DNA of 20,383 nt from [Scytonema hofmanni] UTEX 2349 (GTDB taxonomy: Bacteria; Cyanobacteriota; Cyanobacteriia; Cyanobacteriales; Nostocaceae): the NCBI RefSeq assembly GCF_000582685.1, contig NZ_KK073768.1, positions 3,905,345 through 3,925,727 on the forward strand, given 5' to 3'. Position numbers and translations under genes: made by a program. A model generated the notes under the pieces. The model was not told where the DNA came from, ran no database searches, and saw nothing but the letters and a program-made list of their open reading frames with translations. Shown piece after piece: positions 6,199 through 14,824 of this stretch. The number at the start of each line of letters is the position of its first letter. Position 1 is the stretch's first letter.

Positions 6199-8445
6199 AT
6201 GCAAATAAATGTAGATTTAACTAACTGCGATCGCGAACCAATTCATATTCCGGGTTTAATTCAACCATACGGTATTCTGTTTGTTTTACAACAACCAGAA
6301 TTGACGATTTTACAAGTTAGCAAAAACACTTTTGATTTGATTGGTATCCATCCGGAAGAATTGCTAGGCAAACAACTTCAATACTTACTGGATATCCAGC
6401 AAGTTTCTACTCTTCAACAATGTTTGTCTACTGATTTTGAAAGCGTCAATGCTATAAAAATATCTTTGGAAACTCCCCAAAATACTTTCTTATTTGACGG
6501 AGTTATACATCATTCTCAAGAAGTTTTAATTCTGGAATTATTGCCTACTATCTCACAAACTAATCAAGACTTTTTAAGTTTTTATCAATTAGTCAAAGCT
6601 CCTCTTAACCAAATACAAAATACACTTAATTTACAAGAATTATGTCAAGTTTTAGCCAAACAAGTGCGAAAAATTACAGAATTTGACCGAGTTATGATCT
6701 ATCGATTTGATGAGGAAGGCGCTGGTAAGGTCATAGCTGAAGATAAATTAGAAGAAATAACTCCTTATTTGAGTTTACACTATCCCGCATCAGATATTCC
6801 CAAACAAGCAAAGCAACTATATACTCTTAATTGGTTACGGTTAATTCCTGACGCTAATTATCAACCGGTAGAACTGATTCCTACTCATAATCCAGTTACT
6901 AATGAACCAGTAGATTTAAGTTATTCCGTCTTGAGGAGCGTTTCTCCCATACATATTGAATATTTGCATAATATGGGGGTTAGCGCTTCTATGTCAATTT
7001 CTTTAATCAAAAATAAAAAATTATGGGGATTAATTGCTTGTCATCATAATACACCTAAGTATATACCATATTATATACGCACTGCCTGCGAATTTTTGGG
7101 AAATGTAATGTCTTTAGAGATTGGGACTAAAGAAGAAAATGAAGATTTAGATTACAAACTCAAACTCAAGACAATTCAATCAAAGTTTGTTGAGGCTATT
7201 TCCGAAACCACAAATTTGAAAGATGCTTTAACTGAACACGAAAATGAACTATTAGAATTAGTTAGCGCTGGAGGTGTTGCTGTCTGCTTGAATCAAGAAA
7301 TACTATTATTTGGAAAAACACCATTAGAAGCGGAGATTCGTAACTTAATAGACTGGTTAGCCGCGAGAATTAATAACGATAACGTTTTTTATACAGATTC
7401 ACTCTTGAAGGTTTATCCCCCATCAGAAAAATTTCCAGATATTGCGAGTGGAATGTTAGCGCTTGCCATTGCTAAAAGTCAAAAACATTGGATTTTGTGG
7501 TTTCGTCCAGAAGTGATTCAAACAGTAAAATGGGGTGGTAATCCCAACAAACCAGTGGAAGTTGATGGAAATGGGAGTTTGCATCTATCACCGCGTAAAT
7601 CCTTTGAAATGTGGCAAGAAACAGTACGATTTCAGTCTTTACCTTGGAGAAAATGTGAAATTGATGGTGCTTTAGAACTCAAAAGTGCTATCGTAGCAAT
7701 AATCCTCCAAAAAGCGGATGAATTAGCAAAAATTAATGTCGAATTAGAACGTAGTAACAGTGAATTAGATGCATTTGCTTACATTGCTTCTCATGATTTA
7801 AAAGAACCGTTACGAGGGATTTACAACTACTCAACATTTCTGATTGAAGATTACGCCCAATTGCTGAATGAAGATGGAGTTTCCAAACTGCAAACTCTGG
7901 TGCGTCTGACTCAGCGAATGGAAGATTTGATTAATTCTCTGCTACATTTTTCTCGCTTAGGACGAGTTGAACTTGTAATGCGACGAACTAATTTGCAAAA
8001 ATTAGTAGAAAGTGTCATAGAAGTATTAAAAATTAGCTTAATAAAAGAGACGGATAATCTAGATATTCGCATTTGCCGACAATTACCGGAAGTGAAATGC
8101 GATCGCATTCAGATGAGTGAAGTATTTAGTAATTTAATCAGCAATGCCATTAAATACAACGATAAACCAAGTAAATTAGTAGAAATTGGCTTTTTAGACC
8201 AAGAAATAACAAATCAAACCACAATCACTTTCTATGTGCGAGACAATGGTATAGGAATCAGGGAAAAACATCTAGAGAATGTTTTTCGCATTTTCAAGCG
8301 TCTGCACACAGCAAGTCAATATGGTGGGGGTACAGGTGCCGGCTTAACTATCGCCAAAAAAATTGTCGAGCGTCACGGTGGCAAAATTTGGATAGAATCT
8401 ACTTATGGGGAAGGTAGCACTTTCTTTTTCACATTACCAAGTTGA
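6199..8445 (+). CDS. cphB: bacteriophytochrome-type (CphB/BphP-like) sensor histidine kinase, PAS-GAF-PHY-HisKA-HATPase
   Basis: N-terminal NCDREPIHIPGLIQPYG. GAF motifs DRVMIYRFDEEGAGKVIAEDK, LHYPASDIP, SVSPIHIEYLHNMGV and LWGLIACHH. PHY tongue motifs WGGNPNK and PRKSFEMW. H-box FAYIASHDLKEPLR, and N/G1/F/G2 boxes all present. Confidence 0.92.
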   Translation: MQINVDLTNCDREPIHIPGLIQPYGILFVLQQPELTILQVSKNTFDLIGIHPEELLGKQLQYLLDIQQVSTLQQCLSTDFESVNAIKISLETPQNTFLFDGVIHHSQEVLILELLPTISQTNQDFLSFYQLVKAPLNQIQNTLNLQELCQVLAKQVRKITEFDRVMIYRFDEEGAGKVIAEDKLEEITPYLSLHYPASDIPKQAKQLYTLNWLRLIPDANYQPVELIPTHNPVTNEPVDLSYSVLRSVSPIHIEYLHNMGVSASMSISLIKNKKLWGLIACHHNTPKYIPYYIRTACEFLGNVMSLEIGTKEENEDLDYKLKLKTIQSKFVEAISETTNLKDALTEHENELLELVSAGGVAVCLNQEILLFGKTPLEAEIRNLIDWLAARINNDNVFYTDSLLKVYPPSEKFPDIASGMLALAIAKSQKHWILWFRPEVIQTVKWGGNPNKPVEVDGNGSLHLSPRKSFEMWQETVRFQSLPWRKCEIDGALELKSAIVAIILQKADELAKINVELERSNSELDAFAYIASHDLKEPLRGIYNYSTFLIEDYAQLLNEDGVSKLQTLVRLTQRMEDLINSLLHFSRLGRVELVMRRTNLQKLVESVIEVLKISLIKETDNLDIRICRQLPEVKCDRIQMSEVFSNLISNAIKYNDKPSKLVEIGFLDQEITNQTTITFYVRDNGIGIREKHLENVFRIFKRLHTASQYGGGTGAGLTIAKKIVERHGGKIWIESTYGEGSTFFFTLPS

Positions 8446-8458
8446 GGTAAATAAGTAA

Positions 8459-8902
8459 ATGTTTGGGCACCAAACTCCAACATTATTGGTTATTGAAGAT
8501 AGCGATGAAGATTTTTTTGCTTTACAACGCATGATGAAAGGTGCATCTGTTTGTCACCGAGTTGAACGTTGTACTGATGGTGATGATGCATTAGACTTTC
8601 TCTATCATACGGGTAAATACATAGACAATCAAACAGCCCGTCCATCCTTAATTTTACTCGACCTCAATTTGCCCGGTACAGATGGGCGAGAAATTCTACA
8701 TCAACTCAAGACCGATGATAGTATGAAAATTATTCCAGTAGTGGTATTTTCTACATCATCAAATCCTAAAGATATTGAAGCTTGTTATGAATATGGTGTA
8801 AATAGTTATATTCTCAAACCAATCGATGTCCATCAATTAAAAACGACAATCGAAATTTTTAGTAAATACTGGTTTCAAGTCATCTCTCTACCTGATACTT
8901 AA
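8459..8902 (+). CDS. rcpB: single-domain phytochrome-associated response regulator (Rcp1/RcpB-like)
   Basis: LLVIEDSDEDFF...SLILLDLNLPGTDG...VVVFSTSSNPKD...SYILKP. Lies 13 nt downstream of the phytochrome stop. Confidence 0.85.
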   Translation: MFGHQTPTLLVIEDSDEDFFALQRMMKGASVCHRVERCTDGDDALDFLYHTGKYIDNQTARPSLILLDLNLPGTDGREILHQLKTDDSMKIIPVVVFSTSSNPKDIEACYEYGVNSYILKPIDVHQLKTTIEIFSKYWFQVISLPDT

Positions 8903-9024
8903 AAAGGATAAAACATTAAAAATTAAATTATTATTAAATATAATAAAAAGCAAGATCCCCGACTTATTTAAAAAGTTGGTAATTTGAAATGGAGAAATAA
9001 AATTGCTATTTACATGTAAAAGAA

Positions 9025-10671
9025 ATGCATAGTAGAGAAGCAGAAGAAGCATTAAGAGAAAGTGAAAGACAATTTCGTGCCATATTTGACCAAACATTTC
9101 AATTTATGTGGCTTTTAAATCTGGATGGTACACTTTTAAAGGCGAATCAAACAGCACTGAAATTTGGCGGATTGCAAGCAACAGATGTAGTTGAATATCC
9201 ATTTTGGCAAGCGCAGTGGTGGATGATTTCTCAAGAAATACAAACCCAATTAAAAAGTGCGATCGCTCAAGCTGCGGCAGGTGAATTTGTTCGCTACGAA
9301 GTAGATATACTTGGTGTAGGAGAAATAGTGCAAACAATTGACTTTTCCCTCAAACCAGTTTTAGATGAAACCGGCAAAATAGTATTACTAATTTCTGAAG
9401 GACGGGACATCAGCGAGCGAAAAGCCGCACGACACGAACGCAAACTTGGATTATCAGCCTTATGCTGGTGTGAAGACGAATTTCGCGCTTTAAGCGAAGC
9501 TTCCCCAGTCGGTATCTTTCGAGTAAATCCCCAAGGTGGATGTATCTACACCAATCCTCGCGCTCAAGCTATTTGCGGTTACACCTTTGAAGAAGCTTTA
9601 GGACATGGCTGGATCAAGTTCGTTCATCCAGAAGATCGTCAGCTTTATTTTTCTCGTTGGTTACAAGCAGTAACAGCAAATCAAGAATTTATTGGTGAAG
9701 TACGTTCTGTTCATCGAGACGGAACTATACGTTTTTGTCGGCTTAAAACAGCTCCGATTTTTTCTGACGAAAAAGAATTAATCGGTCATGTCGGAACGGT
9801 TGAAGACATTACCGAAATGCGAGCTATAGAAAAGATGAAAAACGAGTTTCTTTCTGTTGTCAGCCACGAGTTGCGAACACCATTAGCTTCGATTCGCGGT
9901 TCTTTAGGATTGCTAGCTTCCGGACGACTCAACAACCAACCAGAAAAAGCGCGACGCATGTTAGAAATTGCCGCGCTTGATACTGAACGCTTAGTACGTT
10001 TAGTCAATCAAGTTCTTGATTTAGAGCGACTAGAATCAAGCAAAATTGTCCTGGCAAAACATCCATGTAATGTTGCTATTTTAATGCAGCAAGCAATAGA
10101 GGGTGTGCGAAGTTTTGCCGAAGAAGCTAACATCACCCTCAGATTTTTTTCCCTATCTATTGAGATATGTGCCGATGGCGATCGCATCATTCAAACTCTT
10201 GTCAACCTGCTAGCAAACGCCGTTAAATTTTCGCCCTCAGGGAGTACTGTTATTCTGAGTGCAGAAGTTCAAAAGGACAAGGAGGATAAGGGGACAAGGG
10301 GACAAGGGGACAAGGAGGACAAGGAGGACAAGGAGGACAAGGAGGAAATTTCTATATTTTCCTTATCTTCCTCCTGCCCCTTGTCTCCCCCCTCTCCCAT
10401 TTCCCCATCCCCCACATCACGCTTCCCCCCTTCCCACATTCCCTATCTTTTATTCAAAGTCAAAGACCAAGGACGGGGTATTCCTGCTGATAAACTAGAA
10501 AGTATTTTTGGCAGGTTTGAGCAAGTTGATGCTTCAGACTCCCGCAATTCTTACGGTACAGGACTTGGACTAGCGATATGTCGCACTATTGTGCAGCAGC
10601 ATAACGGGAAAATTTGGGTTGAAAGCGTTTTCGGTGAAGGCAGTATTTTCTACTTCACCCTACCACTGTGA
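9025..10671 (+). CDS. PAS-PAS sensor histidine kinase with a low-complexity insertion in the ATPase domain
   Basis: Two PAS modules (FRAIFDQTFQFMWLL..., SEASPVGIFRVNPQGGCIYTNPRAQAICGY). H-box FLSVVSHELRTPL, N-box LVNLLANAVKFS, G1 KDQGRGIP, G2 GTGLGLAICRTIVQQHNG. Confidence 0.88.
   Translation: MHSREAEEALRESERQFRAIFDQTFQFMWLLNLDGTLLKANQTALKFGGLQATDVVEYPFWQAQWWMISQEIQTQLKSAIAQAAAGEFVRYEVDILGVGEIVQTIDFSLKPVLDETGKIVLLISEGRDISERKAARHERKLGLSALCWCEDEFRALSEASPVGIFRVNPQGGCIYTNPRAQAICGYTFEEALGHGWIKFVHPEDRQLYFSRWLQAVTANQEFIGEVRSVHRDGTIRFCRLKTAPIFSDEKELIGHVGTVEDITEMRAIEKMKNEFLSVVSHELRTPLASIRGSLGLLASGRLNNQPEKARRMLEIAALDTERLVRLVNQVLDLERLESSKIVLAKHPCNVAILMQQAIEGVRSFAEEANITLRFFSLSIEICADGDRIIQTLVNLLANAVKFSPSGSTVILSAEVQKDKEDKGTRGQGDKEDKEDKEDKEEISIFSLSSSCPLSPPSPISPSPTSRFPPSHIPYLLFKVKDQGRGIPADKLESIFGRFEQVDASDSRNSYGTGLGLAICRTIVQQHNGKIWVESVFGEGSIFYFTLPL
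10273..10443 (+). repeat. 171-nt in-frame quasi-palindromic repeat block: purine-rich GGACAAGGA/GGGGACAA tandem units followed by a pyrimidine-rich partially complementary arm
   Basis: Encodes KDKEDKGTRGQGDKEDKEDKEDKEEISIFSLSSSCPLSPPSPISPSPTSRFPPSHIP between the N-box and G1-box. For example, GGGGACAAGGGG in the left arm against CCCCTTGTCTCCCC in the right arm. Confidence 0.65.
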
Positions 10672-10766
10672 TAAAATCTGCCTTTAGATTACCACCAACG
10701 CTAGAAGAGGAGTACAGTCTTTCAAAGTAGGCTACCTTTACCGCCTAAAAAAATACTCCTTTGGTG

Positions 10767-11135
10767 ATGCGACGAATTCTGCTGATTGATGACGAAGAAC
10801 GTTTGAGCGAAGTAGTTCAGGCTTGCTTGGAAATCTTAGGAGGTTGGGAAGTACTGATCGCTACCACAGCTAGTAAAGGGTTGCTCATAGCGGAAACTGA
10901 ACAGCCAAATGCCATTTTGCTAGATGTGATGTTACCAGAAATGGATGGTATCACTTTATTTCATCATCTACAACAAAAACCTGATACCCAATCGATTCCA
11001 GTGATTTTGCTGAGTGCTAAAATACAGTTTCCCTCGAATCAGTTTGCTCATTTAGGTGTAGCAGGAGTCATTGCCAAGCCATTTGACCCTTTGAAGCTGG
11101 CAGATCAAGTGGCAAAAATCCTCCGTTGGAGTTAG
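10767..11135 (+). CDS. CheY-like single-domain response regulator
   Basis: MRRILLIDDEE...AILLDVMLPEMDG...VILLSAK...IAKPF. The ORF track starts at TTG 10761; ATG 10767 is preferred. Confidence 0.85.
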   Translation: MRRILLIDDEERLSEVVQACLEILGGWEVLIATTASKGLLIAETEQPNAILLDVMLPEMDGITLFHHLQQKPDTQSIPVILLSAKIQFPSNQFAHLGVAGVIAKPFDPLKLADQVAKILRWS

Positions 11136-11142
11136 GGGTAGA

Positions 11143-11161
11143 GACGTTCCATCGGAACGTC
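11143..11161. repeat. small hairpin element GACGTTCC-ATC-GGAACGTC, directly after the response-regulator stop
   Basis: 8-bp stem and 3-nt loop, preceded by GGTAGA as in the 6058 element. No T-run follows. Confidence 0.6.
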
Positions 11162-11250
11162 CAAATCGGTAATGGGTAATTTGGAGCGATCTATCTATCT
11201 TTAGAAGTAACTTATAATAAGTTCAGAATTTGCTCATTTTTGAGAGATAG

Positions 11251-11272
11251 ACTTTCCTTTGCAAAGGAAAGT
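11251..11272. promoter_or_regulatory. perfect 22-bp palindrome ACTTTCCTTTG/CAAAGGAAAGT
   Basis: Read directly. Intergenic, ~140 bp upstream of the hybrid kinase start. Confidence 0.35.
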
Positions 11273-11413
11273 TAAGAATATTTGCTGTCAAGTAAGTAAA
11301 AGCTTAATACGGTGATGCGATCGCCGAAGCCTGGGATTAAAAAAAATTATATGCAAATCAGTAAACCAATTAAGGAAGCAAGCACAAATGAATTGCCGCT
11401 AAGGGTGGAAAAA

Positions 11414-13087
11414 ATGGCACAAAAGCAACGGAGCATTCTCATACTTGATGATTGTCACGAAGACAGGAAAACTTTCTGCCGTTATTTACACCAAGCCCCC
11501 AACTACATATATAGTGTAGTTGAGTCAGAATTTGGCGAAGAAGCGCTAAAATTGTGCAATATTTTGCAGCCAGATTGTGTTTTAGTGGATTACTCTCTAC
11601 CTGATATGGATGGTATTGAGTTTCTCGAAAAATTGAGAAATACAACCAATAAGGTAGATATTGCCGTGGTGATGGTGACAGCTTGCGGTAATGAAGCGAT
11701 CGCTGTCGAAGCAATGAAAAAAGGAGCTACAGACTATCTCAGCAAAGAAAAGCTGACAGCAGAAAATTTGCTTTCAACCGTGACTCACGCTCTCGAAAAA
11801 GTAGAACTGCTGTGGAAACTCAATGCCACTCAAGAGCAATTAAAATTTCAGGCTTATATTTTATCTCAAGTAACCGACGCAGTTATGGTTACTGAAGGCA
11901 AGTTGATTGATCAGATGAAAGCGCGGATTGTCTATGTGAATGCAGCATTTACCTACATGACTGGTTACACTGCTGAGGAAGTTTTAGGCAAAACACCGAG
12001 TATCCTAAACAAACTAACAACCGATCCAAAAGTTATAGAGCAAATTAATCAAGCGATCGCTAATTCTCAGCCAGTAAAGGTAGAACTAATTAACTACCGC
12101 AAAGATGGTTCAGAATTTTGGTCAGAAATAAATATTACCCCGATGCTTGACGAAGTTGGGGAATGCACTAATTTGATTTTTGTGCAACGCGACATTAGCG
12201 AGCAGCAAGCTGCGCTTCGCGAACGCAAACTTGCTGAGGTAGAACGTCAACAAATGTTAACCCAAGAAAAAGCTTACCGCGCTGAAGCAGAAGCAAGCAA
12301 CCGCACAAAGGATCAGTTTTTGGCAATTATATCTCATGAATTGCGATCGCCTCTGAATGCCATACTCGGTTGGACAAAGCTAATTCAAGGTGGCAAATTA
12401 GACGACTTAGCTACGGTACGCGCATTAAAAACAATTGAGCGTAACGCTAAGTTACAAAACGAGTTAATTCAAGACCTCTTAGACTTTTCGCGCATCACAG
12501 AAGGTAAACTTCGTCTTGAACTGTGTCCAGTTGATTTGACACAAATAATTAATGCTGCCATTGATGTAGTGCGTCCATCAGCCGATTCTAAAAGCATTGT
12601 CATTGAGTCAAGACTTGAATTTACAGTTGGTGAAGTTTTGGGTGATTCCAGTAGATTGCAACAAGTTATGTGGAATCTATTGACTAATGCAGTTAAATTT
12701 ACACCAGACGGCGGACAGATTGCAATTTGGCTAAAGCGAGTTGAATACTACGCTCAAATCATTGTCAGCGATACAGGTGTTGGTATTAGTCCTGACTTTT
12801 TGCCAAACGTATTCGAGCAATTTTGTCAAGCTGATAGCCAATATACCGCAAGGCATAAGGGATTGGGACTCGGACTTGCGATCGTCCGTAGTTTGGTGGA
12901 AATGCACAATGGTACTGTTACCGCAGCAAGTGACGGTGAAGGACAGGGTGCAACTTTTACAGTTAGGTTGCCACTGAATATAAACACTACCAATTCGGCT
13001 AACACAACCGCAATATTGGGTGAGGAAAATCCACACCCCAATAAGCTGTACTCTAAGTGTATTTCACGCAATCAATATGATTCCTAA
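11414..13087 (+). CDS. hybrid sensor kinase: N-terminal REC - PAS - HisKA - HATPase
   Basis: The ORF is open from GTG 11312. ATG 11414 is preferred (MAQKQRSILILDDCHED, preceded by GGTGGA); ATG 11351 is also possible. REC motifs CVLVDYSLPDMDG and YLSKE. PAS region VMVTEGKLID...YVNAAFTYMTGY. H-box LAIISHELRSPL. N/G boxes LLTNAVKFTP, SDTGVGI and GLGLGLAIVRSLVEMHNG. Confidence 0.82.
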   Translation: MAQKQRSILILDDCHEDRKTFCRYLHQAPNYIYSVVESEFGEEALKLCNILQPDCVLVDYSLPDMDGIEFLEKLRNTTNKVDIAVVMVTACGNEAIAVEAMKKGATDYLSKEKLTAENLLSTVTHALEKVELLWKLNATQEQLKFQAYILSQVTDAVMVTEGKLIDQMKARIVYVNAAFTYMTGYTAEEVLGKTPSILNKLTTDPKVIEQINQAIANSQPVKVELINYRKDGSEFWSEINITPMLDEVGECTNLIFVQRDISEQQAALRERKLAEVERQQMLTQEKAYRAEAEASNRTKDQFLAIISHELRSPLNAILGWTKLIQGGKLDDLATVRALKTIERNAKLQNELIQDLLDFSRITEGKLRLELCPVDLTQIINAAIDVVRPSADSKSIVIESRLEFTVGEVLGDSSRLQQVMWNLLTNAVKFTPDGGQIAIWLKRVEYYAQIIVSDTGVGISPDFLPNVFEQFCQADSQYTARHKGLGLGLAIVRSLVEMHNGTVTAASDGEGQGATFTVRLPLNINTTNSANTTAILGEENPHPNKLYSKCISRNQYDS

Positions 13088-13374
13088 TATGCAATCTCAA
13101 CGCTGTAGAGAGCAGGATTCGCTTCAATGGGTAAGTGTTTCTCTCCGGGTTCATATTGAGCAAGTGCTGCATGATAGGCTTCTGCACTTTCCCAATGCGC
13201 GATGTTGATAAACTGAAACTTCGCATTGGGGTCAAGGCTACGATGCAGGGTTGTATCAATAAATCCAGATGCCTGACGCATGTATTCGCATGTCTGATTC
13301 CAGGTTTTGAGGAACTGCTCTTCCATTTCACTAGATACGGCAAATACATTAATTAAAACAACAGAGGTTGTCAT
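13084..13374 (-). CDS. antibiotic-biosynthesis-monooxygenase (ABM) family small protein (96 aa)
   Basis: ORF 13084-13488 trimmed to ATG 13374-13372 (MTTSVVLINVFAVSSEMEEQFLKTWNQ...FINIAHWESAEAYHAA). The longer start would overlap the SDR gene. It converges on the hybrid kinase and overlaps it by 4 nt. Confidence 0.7.
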   Translation of the reverse strand: MTTSVVLINVFAVSSEMEEQFLKTWNQTCEYMRQASGFIDTTLHRSLDPNAKFQFINIAHWESAEAYHAALAQYEPGEKHLPIEANPALYSVEIAY

Positions 13375-13402
13375 TTTTGTGTTTCCTTGGGTTGAACTTG
13401 AA

Positions 13403-14134
13403 TTACACAATGCCGCCATTTGCTCGAATGCTTTGACCGGTAATCCAATGGGCATCGTCTGAAACCAACAAAGCAACTGCATCTGCAAGATCCTCAGGCT
13501 GTCCTAAACGTCCAAGGGAAGTTTGGGCAATCATTTCGTTAACTTGCTCTTGAGCTAGCACTAATCCATCTGTTTCGGTAACACCAGGAGAAATTGTGTT
13601 GACAGTAATGCCGCGATCGCCTAATTCTTTTGCCAATGCAGCACTGAAATGCTCGATCGCCGCTTTGCAACCTGCATACGCTCCTCCTGCTGGAATTGCC
13701 ATTGCAGTACCGCTAGTAGAAATGCTTATAATTCGACCTTTATCAGCTAAATGATGTGCTGCTTGCCCAAGAGCAAAGTAAACGCCCCGTGTGATGTCGA
13801 ACATGCTATTGTATTCATCTTCAGTCATCTGTGCTGTAGGTTTGAAAATATTTTTTCCTGCTGCATTGTTGACCAAAATATCCACCTTGCCAAAATGCTC
13901 AATGGTTTTCTCAAATAAAGCGCGAACCTCCTCTAATTTACGTATGTCTACCTGAAGAGCGATCGCTTTAGATCCCGTTGCTTTGATTGTCTGGACAACT
14001 TCCTCTGCCTTATCTCGATTTCCGGCAAAGGTGACAACGACATCTGCCCCATCTCGTCCTAACCGTTCAGCGATTGCCCTTCCTATACCACGAGATGAGC
14101 CAGTAACGATCGCAACTTTTCCTCGCAATGACAT
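13403..14134 (-). CDS. SDR-family NAD(P)-dependent oxidoreductase (FabG-like)
   Basis: ORF trimmed to ATG 14134-14132. KVAIVTGSSRGIGRAIA (TGxxxGxG), NNAAG, catalytic S...YAGCKAA (YxxxK) and ISPGVTETD. The 72-codon upstream extension has no SDR similarity and crosses the divergent promoter. Confidence 0.9.
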   Translation of the reverse strand: MSLRGKVAIVTGSSRGIGRAIAERLGRDGADVVVTFAGNRDKAEEVVQTIKATGSKAIALQVDIRKLEEVRALFEKTIEHFGKVDILVNNAAGKNIFKPTAQMTEDEYNSMFDITRGVYFALGQAAHHLADKGRIISISTSGTAMAIPAGGAYAGCKAAIEHFSAALAKELGDRGITVNTISPGVTETDGLVLAQEQVNEMIAQTSLGRLGQPEDLADAVALLVSDDAHWITGQSIRANGGIV

Positions 14135-14247
14135 GGTGTTAGTTCCTAACCCTAGAGAATTATTCAGCAATTTCCAGAGTATACTTATGCTTACTTTTTT
14201 GGAAGTACTTACTTTATTGTCAGTGTCTATAGATATATAAGGTAGAT

Positions 14248-14571
14248 ATGCAAGAACAGACAAAAGGCACTGTATTTGTGCAGACGACACTAAAAGTTTT
14301 AGGCGGAAAGTGGAAGATTTTGATATTGTGGCACTTAAAAGACCAAACAAGACGATTCAGCGAATTAAAGCGTTTGATGCCTGAAATTACCGAAAAAATG
14401 TTAATTCAACAACTTCGAGAATTAGAAAAAGACGGAATTGTAAATCGTAATGTTTATTCTGATGTACCTCCCAAAGTTGAGTATTCCTTCACCGATTATG
14501 GTAGAAGTCTTGAGCCTGTTTTGCAAGTTCTTTGTAATTGGGGAGAAGAACACTTAAGATACATTCAATGA
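14248..14571 (+). CDS. HxlR-family winged-helix transcriptional regulator
   Basis: TLKVLGGKWKILILWHL...RRFSELKRLMPEITEKMLIQQLRELEKDGIVNR...PPKVEYSFTDYGRSL. Divergent from the SDR-ABM operon. Confidence 0.9.
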   Translation: MQEQTKGTVFVQTTLKVLGGKWKILILWHLKDQTRRFSELKRLMPEITEKMLIQQLRELEKDGIVNRNVYSDVPPKVEYSFTDYGRSLEPVLQVLCNWGEEHLRYIQ

Positions 14572-14755
14572 ACATTTAAATATGCGATCGCTTGCTGAAA
14601 TTAACGATAAAAAGACGTAGCAGTGCTACGTCTAATCAAGGGTTTCGGGCAACGCATAATTAGTTTCTACTAAAGAGTGTCTACTGGGAACAAGCGCTCT
14701 TAGTGTTAAATATGTAATCTTTTTATAGTTGCAATCTTTAATAATGTTAATATCT
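14498..14755 (+). repeat. left copy of a ~260-bp direct repeat (hxlR 3' end plus downstream intergenic region)
   Basis: Aligns by eye with 15583-15851. There are a few substitutions, a 3-nt indel (aattgggga vs aatgga) and a 14-nt tandem duplication (aacgataaaaagac) found only in the right copy. Confidence 0.92.
14613..14633. repeat. palindromic hairpin element AGACGTAGCA-G-TGCTACGTCT
   Basis: Perfect 10+1+10 palindrome inside the left direct repeat, 40 nt after the hxlR stop. Confidence 0.8.
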
Positions 14756-14824
14756 ATAGATGTACGACAAGTCCCCATCCCCTAAACCTAAATAACTAAT
14801 ATATTGCACTTAAGGAGAATTACA

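Noticed and set aside
8888-9097. 69-aa minus-strand ORF between rcpB and the PAS kinase.
   Set aside because: It lies in an AT-rich intergenic region and overlaps the kinase start. It contains a FLNKSGI string that matches a degenerate copy of a common dispersed hairpin repeat (CCCCGACTT...AAGTTGG) rather than a gene.
10259-10498. 79-aa plus-strand ORF (RTRRTRRTRR...PPLPFPHPP) overlapping the kinase.
   Set aside because: It is an alternative frame of the repeat insertion inside a well-supported kinase CDS, and a low-complexity artefact.
13020-13356. Plus- and minus-strand ORFs (13020-13208, 13053-13349, 13135-13356) around the convergent kinase/ABM junction.
   Set aside because: They are alternative frames of the ABM gene and the kinase tail, with no independent support.
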